Shown piece by piece: positions 19,785 to 34,509 of a stretch of 64,000 bases of DNA (the stretch's first letter is position 1; every line of letters begins with the position of its first letter). A model generated the notes under the pieces. It saw nothing but the letters and a program-made list of their open reading frames with translations, did no database searches and was not told where the DNA came from. The translations under genes were made by a program, and so were the position numbers. The DNA comes from Ignavibacteriota bacterium (GTDB lineage Bacteria; Bacteroidota; Ignavibacteria; UBA10030; UBA6906): contig CAWDEM010000008.1 of assembly GCA_963801355.1 (NCBI GenBank), positions 1,792,001-1,856,000 of the forward strand, written 5' to 3'.

Positions 19785-22550
19785 ATGGGCCTTCATTTTG
19801 ACATTGCGAGCCGCAATCGGTTTTCCCGTTCTTGTGGCACTGCCGCCGTTGCCGCATGGCTGTTTGCCTCCCCATCTTCGATTCTTGCAGGGGAGGGAAA
19901 TCCAGGCAAGCCTGCTCCGGACGGGGATTCCCGGCGGGTGGTCTATCTCGTCCCCAATTTTCACCCTGCATGCTGCGGCTGGCTGACCGACTGGTCCACC
20001 GAGCGCAACTACTGCGCGAACAACTACATCGATCACCTGGACCGGGTGCGCGACGACCCGAACTACGCCTTTGCCCTCTCCGAGGTGCCGAACATGATCG
20101 CCATGTTCAATTTCCACCCGGAGCGAAAGGAAGAGCTGATCCGCCGCTTCCGCGAGGGGCGGGTGGAGCCGTGCAACGCCTTCTTCCTCGAATCGACGAT
20201 CAACCTGCCGGGGGGCGAGGCGCTGGTCAAGAACGGCGTAGAGGGTCTGCGCTGGCAGAACCGGGTGCTCGGGGTCCGTCCGCGTTATGCCTGGATGATC
20301 GACGTGACGGGAACCCACGAGCAGATGGCGCAGATAACCGCCGGGCTCGGCCTGGACGCCCTGTTCTATACCCGGCACAATCCGACAGGATCCACGATCC
20401 ACTGGGCCGAATCTCCCGACGGCACGTGTGTGCTGGCCGTCGCCCCGGGACACTACAGCGAGTGGAACCCTCTCTTCAAGACCGCCCAGCCCCTCGACGA
20501 GACGGCGCTTCGGGAATTGAAGGATGATCTCGATTACCGGATGGGGCTGAAGACGATGACTCCCGAGGAGATCGAGAAACGGCCCTTCAAGTGGGACGGA
20601 ATGAGGCAACGTGTCCCCGAGGGGGCTCCGGTGCTGATCCTGGCAGGCAACGGAGACTACAGCGTCGCCCCCGCCTACAAGGGATATCCGACCGAGTTCC
20701 TCCGTCAATTCAAGAGCGTCGCCCCCCGAATCGACCTGGCCTTCGTCACCCCCAGTAGATACGTGGACGCGATCCTGCCCGCGGCCCGATCGGGCGCCAT
20801 GAAGCTGCCCACAATGAAGGGGGGAACGAAATTTAGCTTCAACGCCTTCTGGATGGAAAACCCACGCGTCAAAACCGCGTTTCGCCGCGCGGAGCAGGAC
20901 CTGCAGGCGGCCGAGATGCTGTCGACAGTCGCCAGCCTCGAATCCCGTTTTACATACCCGGTTCAGCCGCTGTATCACGCCTGGCTCATGCTGCTGCTGA
21001 ACATGGACCGCAATTCCCTCTGGGGATCGGCTGGCGGCATGGTCTTCGAGCACCCGCATTCGTGGGACGTTCGCGACCGTTACGAAGCCGTGGGCGCCAT
21101 CGCCCGCAGAACATCCGAGGAGGCGATCGGCACCCTATTTCCCGAGGGATCGTCTGTGGCGTTGTTCAACCAGCTCAACTGGGAGCGACGCGATCCGGTA
21201 CTGGTAAACCTCCCAAATGGAAGCAGCCTGAAAGGCGTCCGGTGCCAAGCTGTGCCGGGGACGCCGTACGTCCTGTGCCGGCCAACGCTCTCTTCGGTTG
21301 GAACGGTTTCCCTCGAGCCCTCGTCGAAGCATCCCGAACTCCCGATATCGGTTCCTTTGCCCGACTCGATTGATACGCGTTTTTACCGGGCTCGGATCGA
21401 TAAGGGCACGGGCGCTCTGACAAGCCTGAAGTTGAAACCCTCGGGCCGGGAAATGCTGGGCGGGCCGGCGAACGTCATCGCGGCTGAAAAGCCGAAGACG
21501 CAGACGGGCGATCCGGGCGACCACATCCTCGACCGGCCGGAGCGCCTGACACTGGCGAATTCGAGCCAGTTTCGCCCGAGGATCTCCGTTCAATCGGGGC
21601 CCTTGGCCACGACTGTCGAGATTGAGTCCGGGTTCTACGGCGGCGGACGCATGGTTCGAACCATCCGCTTCTACGACGAATATCCGCGCATCGATTTCGA
21701 GACGGAGCTGAATGACATCCCCGACAGCACCGTGGTGGCGGCGGAGTTTCCGCTGAGCGAGGAGATCGTCGAGATCCGTCGTGGCATTCCTTACGGCTTC
21801 TCACACGGTGCCTGGTCGAGGCCGAACACCGGCCTGCACGGCTGGACCAAGGGGATCGTCCCCGCGGTGCGCTGGTCGCACTACGCGTTTGCCGACGGAG
21901 GTGGAGTGGCGCTGCTCGACCGCGGCCTCTCCGGGCGCGAGGTGACCGGCAAGACCCCGATCATCTTTCTGCTCAACGCCACAGACAAGTACTACGGATA
22001 CGACAACCCGTGGCTGAGCGGCAAGGGGAAGCACCGGCTCGAGTACGCCCTGGTCGCCCACGAATCTACCTGGGACAAGGCGCGCATTCCACAACTGGCG
22101 TGGGAATTCAACTGCCCGCCGGTCGCGGTCCCCAACCGCGGGAAGACCGCTCCCCGATCATTCGTCAAGACATCGGAGAACGTGATCGTCGAAGCGATCC
22201 GCCGCGAAGGTTCCGATATTGAATTGCGCATGGCCGAATGCCTGGGAATCGCCGGCTACGCCGAAGTGAAACTCTCGATGCCCCACGAGCAAGCGGCGCT
22301 GACCGATCTCGCCGGCGCCAATCGTGTCCCGCTCAAGCCCGCCTCCGTCTACCGTTTCCCCGTACGTCCGCAGCAGATCGTCACCATGCGTTTCCGCACC
22401 CGGAATGCCGTGGCCGGAATCCAGCCCCTGACCGATTGGACTCCCCTGGTTCCCGAGGCAAAGCTCGCCGCACTGAACACCCGCATTGACAAGAAGGGCC
22501 ATCCCCCCCGCGGCGACGCGCCCAGGGATCCGGGATCCAATGGACCTTGA
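19785..22550 (+). CDS. Glycoside hydrolase family 38 (alpha-mannosidase-like), atypical metal-site motif
   Basis: 'VYLVPNFHPACCGW', 'NLPGGEALV', 'WMIDVTGTH', 'NGDY', 'LFNQLNWER', 'GVALLDRGL'. GH38 N, middle and C domain layout. Confidence 0.8.
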   Translation: MGLHFDIASRNRFSRSCGTAAVAAWLFASPSSILAGEGNPGKPAPDGDSRRVVYLVPNFHPACCGWLTDWSTERNYCANNYIDHLDRVRDDPNYAFALSEVPNMIAMFNFHPERKEELIRRFREGRVEPCNAFFLESTINLPGGEALVKNGVEGLRWQNRVLGVRPRYAWMIDVTGTHEQMAQITAGLGLDALFYTRHNPTGSTIHWAESPDGTCVLAVAPGHYSEWNPLFKTAQPLDETALRELKDDLDYRMGLKTMTPEEIEKRPFKWDGMRQRVPEGAPVLILAGNGDYSVAPAYKGYPTEFLRQFKSVAPRIDLAFVTPSRYVDAILPAARSGAMKLPTMKGGTKFSFNAFWMENPRVKTAFRRAEQDLQAAEMLSTVASLESRFTYPVQPLYHAWLMLLLNMDRNSLWGSAGGMVFEHPHSWDVRDRYEAVGAIARRTSEEAIGTLFPEGSSVALFNQLNWERRDPVLVNLPNGSSLKGVRCQAVPGTPYVLCRPTLSSVGTVSLEPSSKHPELPISVPLPDSIDTRFYRARIDKGTGALTSLKLKPSGREMLGGPANVIAAEKPKTQTGDPGDHILDRPERLTLANSSQFRPRISVQSGPLATTVEIESGFYGGGRMVRTIRFYDEYPRIDFETELNDIPDSTVVAAEFPLSEEIVEIRRGIPYGFSHGAWSRPNTGLHGWTKGIVPAVRWSHYAFADGGGVALLDRGLSGREVTGKTPIIFLLNATDKYYGYDNPWLSGKGKHRLEYALVAHESTWDKARIPQLAWEFNCPPVAVPNRGKTAPRSFVKTSENVIVEAIRREGSDIELRMAECLGIAGYAEVKLSMPHEQAALTDLAGANRVPLKPASVYRFPVRPQQIVTMRFRTRNAVAGIQPLTDWTPLVPEAKLAALNTRIDKKGHPPRGDAPRDPGSNGP

Positions 22551-22712
22551 CTCGAAAGCTGCATCGAGGGGCTGGTCACCTCGAACTCGATACGCCGTAT
22601 TCGGAGGCACCAACGGAAGCCAAACGCAAGCGAAGAACGCGCCGGGACTAACGGATTGAGCCGGCTCCCCCTTGGAGTGCCGAAGATTTGCTGATCAGAC
22701 CGTGGCCTAGCA

Positions 22713-24209
22713 CTACTGATGGCCCGACCCGTTCAGGGCCGCGAAATACCTCCGGGCAAATTGAATGAAATACGACCAGTTCGGGCCAACCGTGTGCCCC
22801 GCTTCATGCTGTCGAAAGGCCAGATCTCCTTGCGTGAGAGCCACCCCGATCGAAGGCATGCGAGTGTCAACGAGGCCCTGCTTATCAAGCAAAGCGTACA
22901 CCGGGCTCGCCGCCACTGCAGCCCTGAACTGCCCCTCGCTGTCCACCCATCGCCCTTCGACTTCCGGCGAGCCGCAACTTATGAAGACCGGGCGAGGAGC
23001 ACAGAGAGCGATCAACTCGTGAGCATCCACTGAAAGGGTGTCCGGACGGAGGACGTACCTCAGGAACGTCCCGCCGAACCAATGAAACTCCTCCGAGGAA
23101 CAGATATTGCCCATCGACTCTCCATAATCACGCCGATAGAGTGTCGCTCCTCCTTTGCCTGACGACGCGACCAGGGCGATCGCAAAGCGTTGGTCGTACA
23201 CCATTGTGGAAAGTACCGCCTTCCCATACCTGGACACCCCTTCAATGCCGATTCGGGTCGCGTCAATGCTCTTGTCGGTCTCAAAATAGTCCATCACTCT
23301 GCTCGCACCCCACGCCCACGCCCGAAGGGCACCCCATTGGTCAGGGTTTCTCTGTCGGCCTCTGTTGACAAGCCCGATGATCCCTTCGTTTAGCCCAGCA
23401 CCATTATCGGGCTGAACGCTCGTGGGGACATACACGGCAACCCCCCATCCTTGTTCCAGCACCTGCTGCTCCCAGTTTGGTCCTTCCGGCTTCGTCATGC
23501 CCGGGAAGTGAAAGCCCGGCGGAAAGACGAGCCCGAACTCCATGATTACCGGCACCGGTTCCTTTGCTGCCGCCGGCGTCGTCAATCTTGCCTGGATAGC
23601 GACATGGATGTTCGTATCGAGAGCATTGTCGATGCGCCCCAGGAGCTCTTTCGTTACGGCTCTCACGTTCCCGATCGTCGTATCTGCCGCACGAAGGACG
23701 GACCACTTGACCCCGGGGACGTTTTGGGGCACCTCGCCAAAGATCTCTCGGCTGAACGCCTTGATGATTTCCTCTCTCCGTTGCCCCCACCACATCTCCT
23801 GCGTAACAACCCGTCGACCATCATCGAGCCGAAACGGGTCGGGAAGCCGGAGAAACGGATTTGCTTTCGATTCGTCGTAATTGTTCCACGTGCCCCACGG
23901 AGATCGCGTGTACAGATTCCCTCGTTTGTCATACCAATTGGCGAACCCTTGTTTGCGAAACGTGTTTGCCGGCCGTCGAGGGTCATTTTCCGGCGGAGGG
24001 AGGGACTCCGGCACCTGGATGTCGAGGAGATCGATCATTCTCCTCCATTCCTCCGACGACCGGGCGTTGATCTTCGCGAAATGAGCGGCGCGATCCTGTT
24101 GCGACATTGTGAAGACGTTCGGCGTCTGCGCACCCCCGGTCGAGAAGACCACCGTCACCAAAGCGAGTAAAATCCCAACTCTGTGTCCGCCCAGCGGTTT
24201 CATTGCCAT
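22713..24209 (-). CDS. CE15 glucuronoyl esterase-family protein
   Basis: 'WGALRAWAWGASR..DY', nucleophile motif GVSRYGK, 'HELIALCAPRPVF', 'RQH..GH'. Signal peptide. Confidence 0.88.
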   Translation of the reverse strand: MAMKPLGGHRVGILLALVTVVFSTGGAQTPNVFTMSQQDRAAHFAKINARSSEEWRRMIDLLDIQVPESLPPPENDPRRPANTFRKQGFANWYDKRGNLYTRSPWGTWNNYDESKANPFLRLPDPFRLDDGRRVVTQEMWWGQRREEIIKAFSREIFGEVPQNVPGVKWSVLRAADTTIGNVRAVTKELLGRIDNALDTNIHVAIQARLTTPAAAKEPVPVIMEFGLVFPPGFHFPGMTKPEGPNWEQQVLEQGWGVAVYVPTSVQPDNGAGLNEGIIGLVNRGRQRNPDQWGALRAWAWGASRVMDYFETDKSIDATRIGIEGVSRYGKAVLSTMVYDQRFAIALVASSGKGGATLYRRDYGESMGNICSSEEFHWFGGTFLRYVLRPDTLSVDAHELIALCAPRPVFISCGSPEVEGRWVDSEGQFRAAVAASPVYALLDKQGLVDTRMPSIGVALTQGDLAFRQHEAGHTVGPNWSYFIQFARRYFAALNGSGHQ

Positions 24210-24237
24210 TTCTTTCTTCGTTTCTTGCGAAATGAGC

Positions 24238-26184
24238 TTAGCGAATATGAGATTGTCCGGTCGGACTCAGCCGGGCGCTCGTCAACGCCCGCCAGTACAT
24301 CATGTACCGCGCATCATGGATTTGCCAGAACGGCTCCAGCAGGATCTTCATTGGATTGATCATCCTCAAGTGAGGGAGAGTGAAAGCAAGGGGATTGCCT
24401 CGCACTGGCACGAGTTTGTCAGCAATCGCAGCAAAGGAATCTCCGATCAACACAGGTGCTTCAGCAAGAGGGAGTCGTTTGCCCCCTGCAATGTGGCCCC
24501 ATCTGCTGTCGTCTGCAACGAGGCCCACCAGGTCTTCCGTGCCCGTCTTCGCTGCAAGCAGAATCGGGCCGTGCATGAAGGCAAAATAGGTGGGCAGATG
24601 AGGGAGTTGGGCGATCGTGTTGTGCATCGGCAGAAGAATTTGTATCACGTCGCCAGCTTGCCATAGGCGGTCAACAACGATGTAGGACGACGGGTGAGCC
24701 ACACAGGATACGCTATCCCCGTTGACAATGAGCCCGAGCTTTCCTTCGGCTACCCAAGATGGGTAGCGAACCATCAATCGAAAACGTGAAGAACCTTGCG
24801 TGACGATCAGTTTCGTTTGCTCTTCGTACGGAAATGCGGTTTCCTGTCGGATCGTTACTCCCTCTTCGCTCCAGTGTAACTCCGATGCAATGAAGAGATT
24901 GACGAACAGGGAGTCATGCTGGTGTGCGTAAATGAATTGATTGTATTTCCCATGGTTTTCCATGCCAGTCCCCACGCAACACCACATCGCCTCATTGGGC
25001 GCGGAATACACTCTGTAGTGGCGCGGGCGCGCCGGAGTAAAATACACATAGCCACCATGGACGGGATGCTGAGTTGAGAGTATGTGATTGAATAGTGTTC
25101 GTTCATAGTAGTCTGTGTATCCCGCTGACGGGTCCATTCTAAAGAGATCCTCAGTCAACTTGAGCATGTTGTAAGAATTGCATGATTCAGGACCTTCGAC
25201 GTCACTGACAAAATCGCCGCATGCAGAAGCGCCTGGGAAATGTTCCCTCCTGCTGTTTCCGCCAAACGCCAGTGTGCGATTCCGCGTCACCGTTTCCCAG
25301 AAGAATCTCCCGGCTCGGATGTACCGCTCGTCATGAGTGAGCTCCGCAATTCGTTGGAATCCAATTGCCTTCGGGATTTGAGTATTCGCGTGTTTGTCGT
25401 CGAGATTGTCATTCCCCGCGGTCATTGCGTCAAGCAGCATCCTGTGAGAAAACCGCCGGGCAGCCGTCAGGTATTTCGCATCGCCGGTCATCTGATACGC
25501 ATCCGCAAAGATCTCAGCCATGCCGCCGTGCTCAGTATCAAGCACCACCTGCATCTGAGAGTCCGCCAGCGCCGATGTGACGGTAATTCCCCAGTCACAG
25601 AATTTCAAGAAGATTTCCCTGGCATCTTCGTTCCCGGTGTACGCCCAGGCATCCCTGAGTCCCGCATACATCTTATGGACATTGTACCATGGCACCCACG
25701 CGGATTTGTATTCAGCAAAGTCTCCTCTTTTCAAAGCGGACCAGACGTTTTTGCTCTTCGGGACCCCGCCAACATATCCCCCTCCCCAATCCGGATTATT
25801 CCTGGTGTTTGAAGCCTGGCATGCCTTCAGTTCCGATATTACGTATTCCAGCCGTCTGCCGCACTCCGGATTGCGGGTTGAAGCGAAATTCATTGCCAGA
25901 GCCGACAGATAGTGTCCTCCCACATGCCCGTCAAGTCCATCCCAGTTGGTATAGCTTGCGGCTCTTGGGGTCAGTCCGGCTTCCCGACGATACGGAGCGA
26001 GCAACCGATCAACATCGTATTTCAGGAGAACCTGGATATTCAGGTCCCGAGCATGTTTAAACGGTCCATCAAGCAGAACGACTTTACTCAACGGAAACGC
26101 GTTCTGATAGAGTCTCTCCTGAGCACACACCGCACCGCTTAGGAAAGCGCTGCCTACAACCACACTGAACATGATAGCTCTCAT
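24238..26184 (-). CDS. GH127/GH146 beta-L-arabinofuranosidase (possibly C-terminally truncated)
   Basis: 'GHVGGHYLSA', 'EHGGM', 'HANTQIPK', 'ESCNSYNMLKL', 'WCCVGTGMENH'. Signal peptide. Confidence 0.88.
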   Translation of the reverse strand: MRAIMFSVVVGSAFLSGAVCAQERLYQNAFPLSKVVLLDGPFKHARDLNIQVLLKYDVDRLLAPYRREAGLTPRAASYTNWDGLDGHVGGHYLSALAMNFASTRNPECGRRLEYVISELKACQASNTRNNPDWGGGYVGGVPKSKNVWSALKRGDFAEYKSAWVPWYNVHKMYAGLRDAWAYTGNEDAREIFLKFCDWGITVTSALADSQMQVVLDTEHGGMAEIFADAYQMTGDAKYLTAARRFSHRMLLDAMTAGNDNLDDKHANTQIPKAIGFQRIAELTHDERYIRAGRFFWETVTRNRTLAFGGNSRREHFPGASACGDFVSDVEGPESCNSYNMLKLTEDLFRMDPSAGYTDYYERTLFNHILSTQHPVHGGYVYFTPARPRHYRVYSAPNEAMWCCVGTGMENHGKYNQFIYAHQHDSLFVNLFIASELHWSEEGVTIRQETAFPYEEQTKLIVTQGSSRFRLMVRYPSWVAEGKLGLIVNGDSVSCVAHPSSYIVVDRLWQAGDVIQILLPMHNTIAQLPHLPTYFAFMHGPILLAAKTGTEDLVGLVADDSRWGHIAGGKRLPLAEAPVLIGDSFAAIADKLVPVRGNPLAFTLPHLRMINPMKILLEPFWQIHDARYMMYWRALTSARLSPTGQSHIR

Positions 26185-26219
26185 TACGGATAACTCGCTT
26201 TGCTCACATGATACTCTGC

Positions 26220-28873
<2,654 letters not shown>

Positions 28874-28968
28874 CAAGTTCAGAGATCTGAGTACATCGCG
28901 TTGAAACGCTCATCCGCCTTTGTCTCATTACCGCCGTGGTCGACCACCGGGAGAATTGTCAGTTTTGC

Positions 28969-30519
28969 CTATTTCCCTGATACCTCAGTGCGGTGCTCAA
29001 CTTTCACCCGTACCTGCGTGAATGAATGCGGCGGAAATGAGCACGTGATTCTGTTCCCAGCAACCTTGGCTTCCTTGATCACGGGTTTGTACTGCTCCTG
29101 CTTGTCGGAGGTGAACGGCTCTTCGAGCGAGGCGGCTGTCAACAGGCTCAGCTCAGCCTTCCCCGTAAGTTTGCCAGAAGTACTATTGATTTCAGCGGTA
29201 ATCGTCTTCTCTTTGTGTCTGTTGACAACGTTCACGTAGATCGTATTCCCTTCTTTTGAATAGACCGAGGTCACGTCGAGATACGGAATGCCTTTGTACT
29301 TGTCGACATTGAACGTGTCGCATTCAACATATGTGTCGACGGAAGAGCCGCGGCAGTTGGTTGAGAACGACTTGAAGATGTGAAACAGTGGCGCTTTGAA
29401 GGTCTTCCTTTCTTTGTCAGTCGCCAGCAGAGACGTGAACATCGTGAAGTTGGCCATCTTCACCACATCCGCATGCCGGACGAACGAGTTGAGGCATTGC
29501 GCTATTGGCAGAACGGATCGGAAATCCCTGCCAAAGGTTCCCCACTCGTCGAATGATATGTAAATTGGCTTCCTCAGGTCGTTCATTGCCCGGACGGCAT
29601 CTATCTGTGCGGCCGGTATTGTGATCTTTTCCTCGAAGTCCATCGCGCGTTGCCCCATGTAGGTATAGTAGTCCGGCGTGGGGTCCCAGTAGCGGTGGAT
29701 GGAAATGTAGTCTATGACATCTCCGAGCCCGGCGAGCACTTTCCGGTTCCATTCCACCCACTGCCCGGTGCTTTCGTAATAGGATGATCCGGAGGCAACG
29801 AATTTGATAGTCTTGTCTACTGAGCGCATCGCCTTGGCAGCTTCTCTGGCAATCCTGACGTATTCTTCTGGGGTCTTATGTCCCAGTTCCCATGGTGACC
29901 CATCGACCTCATTGCCGAGATTCCAGATCCCGACATTGAAGGGTTTCTCATGTCCCATTTTGGCTCTCAGGTCGGACCAGTAGGTTCCTTTGGGATAGTT
30001 GCAGTATTCTACCCAGCCGCACGCGTCGTTGATCGTGGCGAGACCCAGGTTGACACAGATGACGTTCTCGCTTCCCATTGCCCGGTTGAGCGCGATCCAC
30101 TCGTCCGTGCCCACGTGATTATTGTCGAGTCCCCCCCAGGCAAGGTTGATGCGCACCGGCCGCTGATTCTTTGGCCCAACGCCATCCTGCCAGTTGTAGC
30201 CCATCACAAAATTCCCGCCCGGCCAGCGCATGTTGGTGATTTTCAGCTCTCTGGCCGCTTCGAGGTAATCCTTCCGGAAGCCATTTTCGTCCGCGAGCGG
30301 CGACGAGGGATCGTAGAGGCTCCCATACATTGTGTTGAAGTCGACCGTGTCGGGCAACCCCATGCGTTTCCCATCGAAATGGATGGGCTCCATAAACACA
30401 CCGTAGATCCGTGGATCGATCTCTCCGATCGTTCGGTCAATATCGATCTTGATGTTCGCGGTCTGCGCGAGCAATGGGAGAGGGAGAGCGAGCAAGAAGA
30501 TGAGAAGGATCTTTTTCAT
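28969..30519 (-). CDS. GH51 alpha-L-arabinofuranosidase
   Basis: 'RWPGGNF', 'WNLGNE' (acid/base), 'SFDEW' (nucleophile). Signal peptide. Confidence 0.92.
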   Translation of the reverse strand: MKKILLIFLLALPLPLLAQTANIKIDIDRTIGEIDPRIYGVFMEPIHFDGKRMGLPDTVDFNTMYGSLYDPSSPLADENGFRKDYLEAARELKITNMRWPGGNFVMGYNWQDGVGPKNQRPVRINLAWGGLDNNHVGTDEWIALNRAMGSENVICVNLGLATINDACGWVEYCNYPKGTYWSDLRAKMGHEKPFNVGIWNLGNEVDGSPWELGHKTPEEYVRIAREAAKAMRSVDKTIKFVASGSSYYESTGQWVEWNRKVLAGLGDVIDYISIHRYWDPTPDYYTYMGQRAMDFEEKITIPAAQIDAVRAMNDLRKPIYISFDEWGTFGRDFRSVLPIAQCLNSFVRHADVVKMANFTMFTSLLATDKERKTFKAPLFHIFKSFSTNCRGSSVDTYVECDTFNVDKYKGIPYLDVTSVYSKEGNTIYVNVVNRHKEKTITAEINSTSGKLTGKAELSLLTAASLEEPFTSDKQEQYKPVIKEAKVAGNRITCSFPPHSFTQVRVKVEHRTEVSGK

Positions 30520-30590
30520 GATAGTTGCCCTGTCGTTCGAGTCAGTTGAATGTCACGCACGTATGTCAGATACTCTCTTTATCGGATGAT

Positions 30591-31805
<1,215 letters not shown>

Positions 31806-31887
31806 CTAATGCGACCTTCGGGATCACGCAAAGATCTATGCGGTTTGACACGATTGCTACACCACCTGTTCGACCCGCTCCAACGGG

Positions 31888-34509
31888 TTATTGGATGACC
31901 ATCTTGACCGTCTTGAGATTCTTTGCATCCGAGTTGTTTCCATAGAGAATCTCGTAGTCCCCGCCTCGCACTGCCATCCGGCCGCTCTCCCGGTCAAAGA
32001 ACTCAAATGCACCCGGTGACAGCACAATGACAGCCTCCGCGGTCTTGCCGGCAGCTACTGCAACGCGCTGAAAACCGCGCAAGCTCTTTAGCGGCCCACC
32101 CGGATCGGCCACTTTGCGCACATAGACCTGCACGATCTCCGTTCCGTCCTTTTGACCCTCATTTGCCACCGGAATGGTAAGTGCCACGCTATCCCCTATC
32201 GCGATCTGCAGCTTGCTGAGTTTTGCCATCCCCACCTGGAATTTCGTAAAGCTCAGGCCAAACCCGAACGGAAAGAGCGGCTCTGCCATCAGGAACCGGT
32301 AGGTGCGCCCCTTCATCGAATAATCTTCAAAGGCAGGTACTTGCTGAATGTTCTTGTAGAACGTGACCGGTAGTTTTCCGGACGGATTGTAATCGCCAAA
32401 GAGAACATCGGCGATTGCCTGGCCGCCCGATTCCCCGGCATACCAGGTCTGAAGGATCGCCTCGCAGGTCTCCGTCTCCGGAACCAACCCAAGAGCTGAG
32501 CCTGAACAGTTCACCAGCACAACTTTCTTACCGGCCTGCTTCAAGGCCTTTAGGCAATTCCGCTGAACCGCTGGCAGCTCCATGTCAGTGCGGTCCCCCC
32601 CTTTGAAACCGGGGAATTCAACGGGCATCTCTTCGCCTTCAAGCCGTGCTGAAATCCCGCCGACAAATATCACAACGTCGACTCCCTGAAGCTTCTTCAG
32701 AAGTTCTGAATAGTCCACATTCACCTCTTTACCGAAGTTGAATTCGATGTTGGCCTGCCAATCATTGAGCTGGGCAAACCGGATCTCAACTCGATATTTC
32801 TTACCGGCTTGGACACGGAATGGGACCCGTGACGGAAGTGTTCTCCAATTTGCGTACCTCGTCAGAGACTTGTCGTTCACAAGCAGTTCGAACAGTCCTG
32901 TCGCTCCACACTTAAAGACAAGTTCTTCATCCTGTGATGCGACAAATTCTGTCTCGTATTTCGCCGAAAAACCTTCGAGACGGACTCCGGACGCAAATTC
33001 GTGCTGCCCGGCAGTCGTGAGCTTGATCGGGTTCGTGATCTCTTGTGTAGCGATGACATCACCTTTGAATTCTCTGTTGTTCCAGTAGGTGGCTTTGAAA
33101 CCCTTCTTCCCATCAAAGAAACAGTTGGAGATGTAGCTCTCGGTGACTTTGTCCTCAACCAGGTCACACCCCTTGTCATACATGACATCCTTCTTCGCGA
33201 GTTTGGAGACCACCCCGTTGAGAACCGTTGTCGTTTTGATCGGAGTCCCGTTGTAATTTCCCCAGAGTACTGGCTCATCGTTCGCATTGGGACCTATGAC
33301 AGCGATCTTTCCGATCGATTTGCTCAGGGGAAGGATATTGCCCTTGTTTTGAAGGAGCGTCATTGATTCACGAGCCATGTCAAGAGCAAGTGCGCGATGC
33401 TTTTCGTTATTCACAATCGAAGGTGGGATTTTTGCCCAGGGAACAAGGGCATCGTCGTCCATATCACCGAGGTCAAAACGTCCGACCAGTACCCGCATCA
33501 GGTGCTTGTTTATTTCATCTTCGGTGATCAGTCCTTTTGCGATTGCCTCGGGCAATTTCTTGAAGGCATGCCCTTCCCACGCGCATTCCACATCGGTTCC
33601 GGCCAGCGCCCCTTTCGCTGCGGCATGGGTCGCATCAGACGAGACTTTGTGGCTTGTATAGAAATCAGTGATTGCCCCGCAATCGGAAACCACCAGATAT
33701 TTGAATCCCCAATCATTACGCAAAATGTCCTGCAGGAGCCGGGAATTTCCACAGCACGGCTCATCGTCCAGCCGCTGATACGCGCACATCACTTCGCGAA
33801 CGTCGGCTTCCTTCACCAACGTCTTGAACGCGGGTAGGTAGGTCTCCCAGAGGTCTCTCGGGTCCACACTGGGGAGGTTAACGGAATGACGGCTCCACTC
33901 AGGCCCCGAATGAACGGCATAGTGCTTGGCACAGGCAAGAAGCTTTCGATATCTGGCATCGGAGGGGCCCTGCAGCCCCTTAACGACTGAAACCCCCATG
34001 CGGGACATCAGGTACGGGTCTTCACCGTAGGTTTCCTGTCCACGCCCCCAGCGCGGATCCCGGAATATATTGACATTGGGGGCCCAGACCGAAAGACTCA
34101 AGAAGCGCCGGTTTTCCAGTCCTTTGTCTCTTGCTTCGTTGTACTTGGCGCGGGTTTCATCCGAGACGGCATCAAAAATGCGGTACACCAGAGCATCGTC
34201 AAATGACGCGGCCATGCCAATGGGTTCGGGAAAGACCGTCACGTTGTTGTTATTGGCGAGACCGTGCAGCGCTTCACTCCACCAGTTGAATTTCCTGATG
34301 CCCAGACGCGGAATAGCATCCGATACATCGCACATCAACGCTGCTTTTTCGTCCACAGTTAGTCGGGATATCAAATCTCTGGCTCGTTCTTCGGAGCTCA
34401 GATGGGGATTCTGATATGGCAGTTGCTGCCCTCGTGATCCCGTGGTGCAGAGAAGAATTGCTGCAGTACAAAGGATCTTCCTGAAGTTATTCCTCGCGAG
34501 TGGTCTCAT
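31888..34509 (-). CDS. GH3 beta-xylosidase with PA14 insert and Fn3-like domain
   Basis: 'WWSEALHG', 'RDPRWGRGQETYGED', 'KHYAVH', 'VSDC' nucleophile, 'EGEEM', 'EIVQVY'. Confidence 0.95.
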   Translation of the reverse strand: MRPLARNNFRKILCTAAILLCTTGSRGQQLPYQNPHLSSEERARDLISRLTVDEKAALMCDVSDAIPRLGIRKFNWWSEALHGLANNNNVTVFPEPIGMAASFDDALVYRIFDAVSDETRAKYNEARDKGLENRRFLSLSVWAPNVNIFRDPRWGRGQETYGEDPYLMSRMGVSVVKGLQGPSDARYRKLLACAKHYAVHSGPEWSRHSVNLPSVDPRDLWETYLPAFKTLVKEADVREVMCAYQRLDDEPCCGNSRLLQDILRNDWGFKYLVVSDCGAITDFYTSHKVSSDATHAAAKGALAGTDVECAWEGHAFKKLPEAIAKGLITEDEINKHLMRVLVGRFDLGDMDDDALVPWAKIPPSIVNNEKHRALALDMARESMTLLQNKGNILPLSKSIGKIAVIGPNANDEPVLWGNYNGTPIKTTTVLNGVVSKLAKKDVMYDKGCDLVEDKVTESYISNCFFDGKKGFKATYWNNREFKGDVIATQEITNPIKLTTAGQHEFASGVRLEGFSAKYETEFVASQDEELVFKCGATGLFELLVNDKSLTRYANWRTLPSRVPFRVQAGKKYRVEIRFAQLNDWQANIEFNFGKEVNVDYSELLKKLQGVDVVIFVGGISARLEGEEMPVEFPGFKGGDRTDMELPAVQRNCLKALKQAGKKVVLVNCSGSALGLVPETETCEAILQTWYAGESGGQAIADVLFGDYNPSGKLPVTFYKNIQQVPAFEDYSMKGRTYRFLMAEPLFPFGFGLSFTKFQVGMAKLSKLQIAIGDSVALTIPVANEGQKDGTEIVQVYVRKVADPGGPLKSLRGFQRVAVAAGKTAEAVIVLSPGAFEFFDRESGRMAVRGGDYEILYGNNSDAKNLKTVKMVIQ

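Noticed and set aside
19779-21059. Long antisense ORFs (e.g. 426 aa here, 429 aa at 34973-36262, 340 aa at 37066-38088)
   Set aside because: Shadow frames opposite well-supported genes in GC-rich DNA, with no recognisable motifs.
28899-28914. Second LacI-like site (TTGAAACGCTCAT); similar half-site near 55429
   Set aside because: Only half-palindromic; not enough to call without a position weight matrix.
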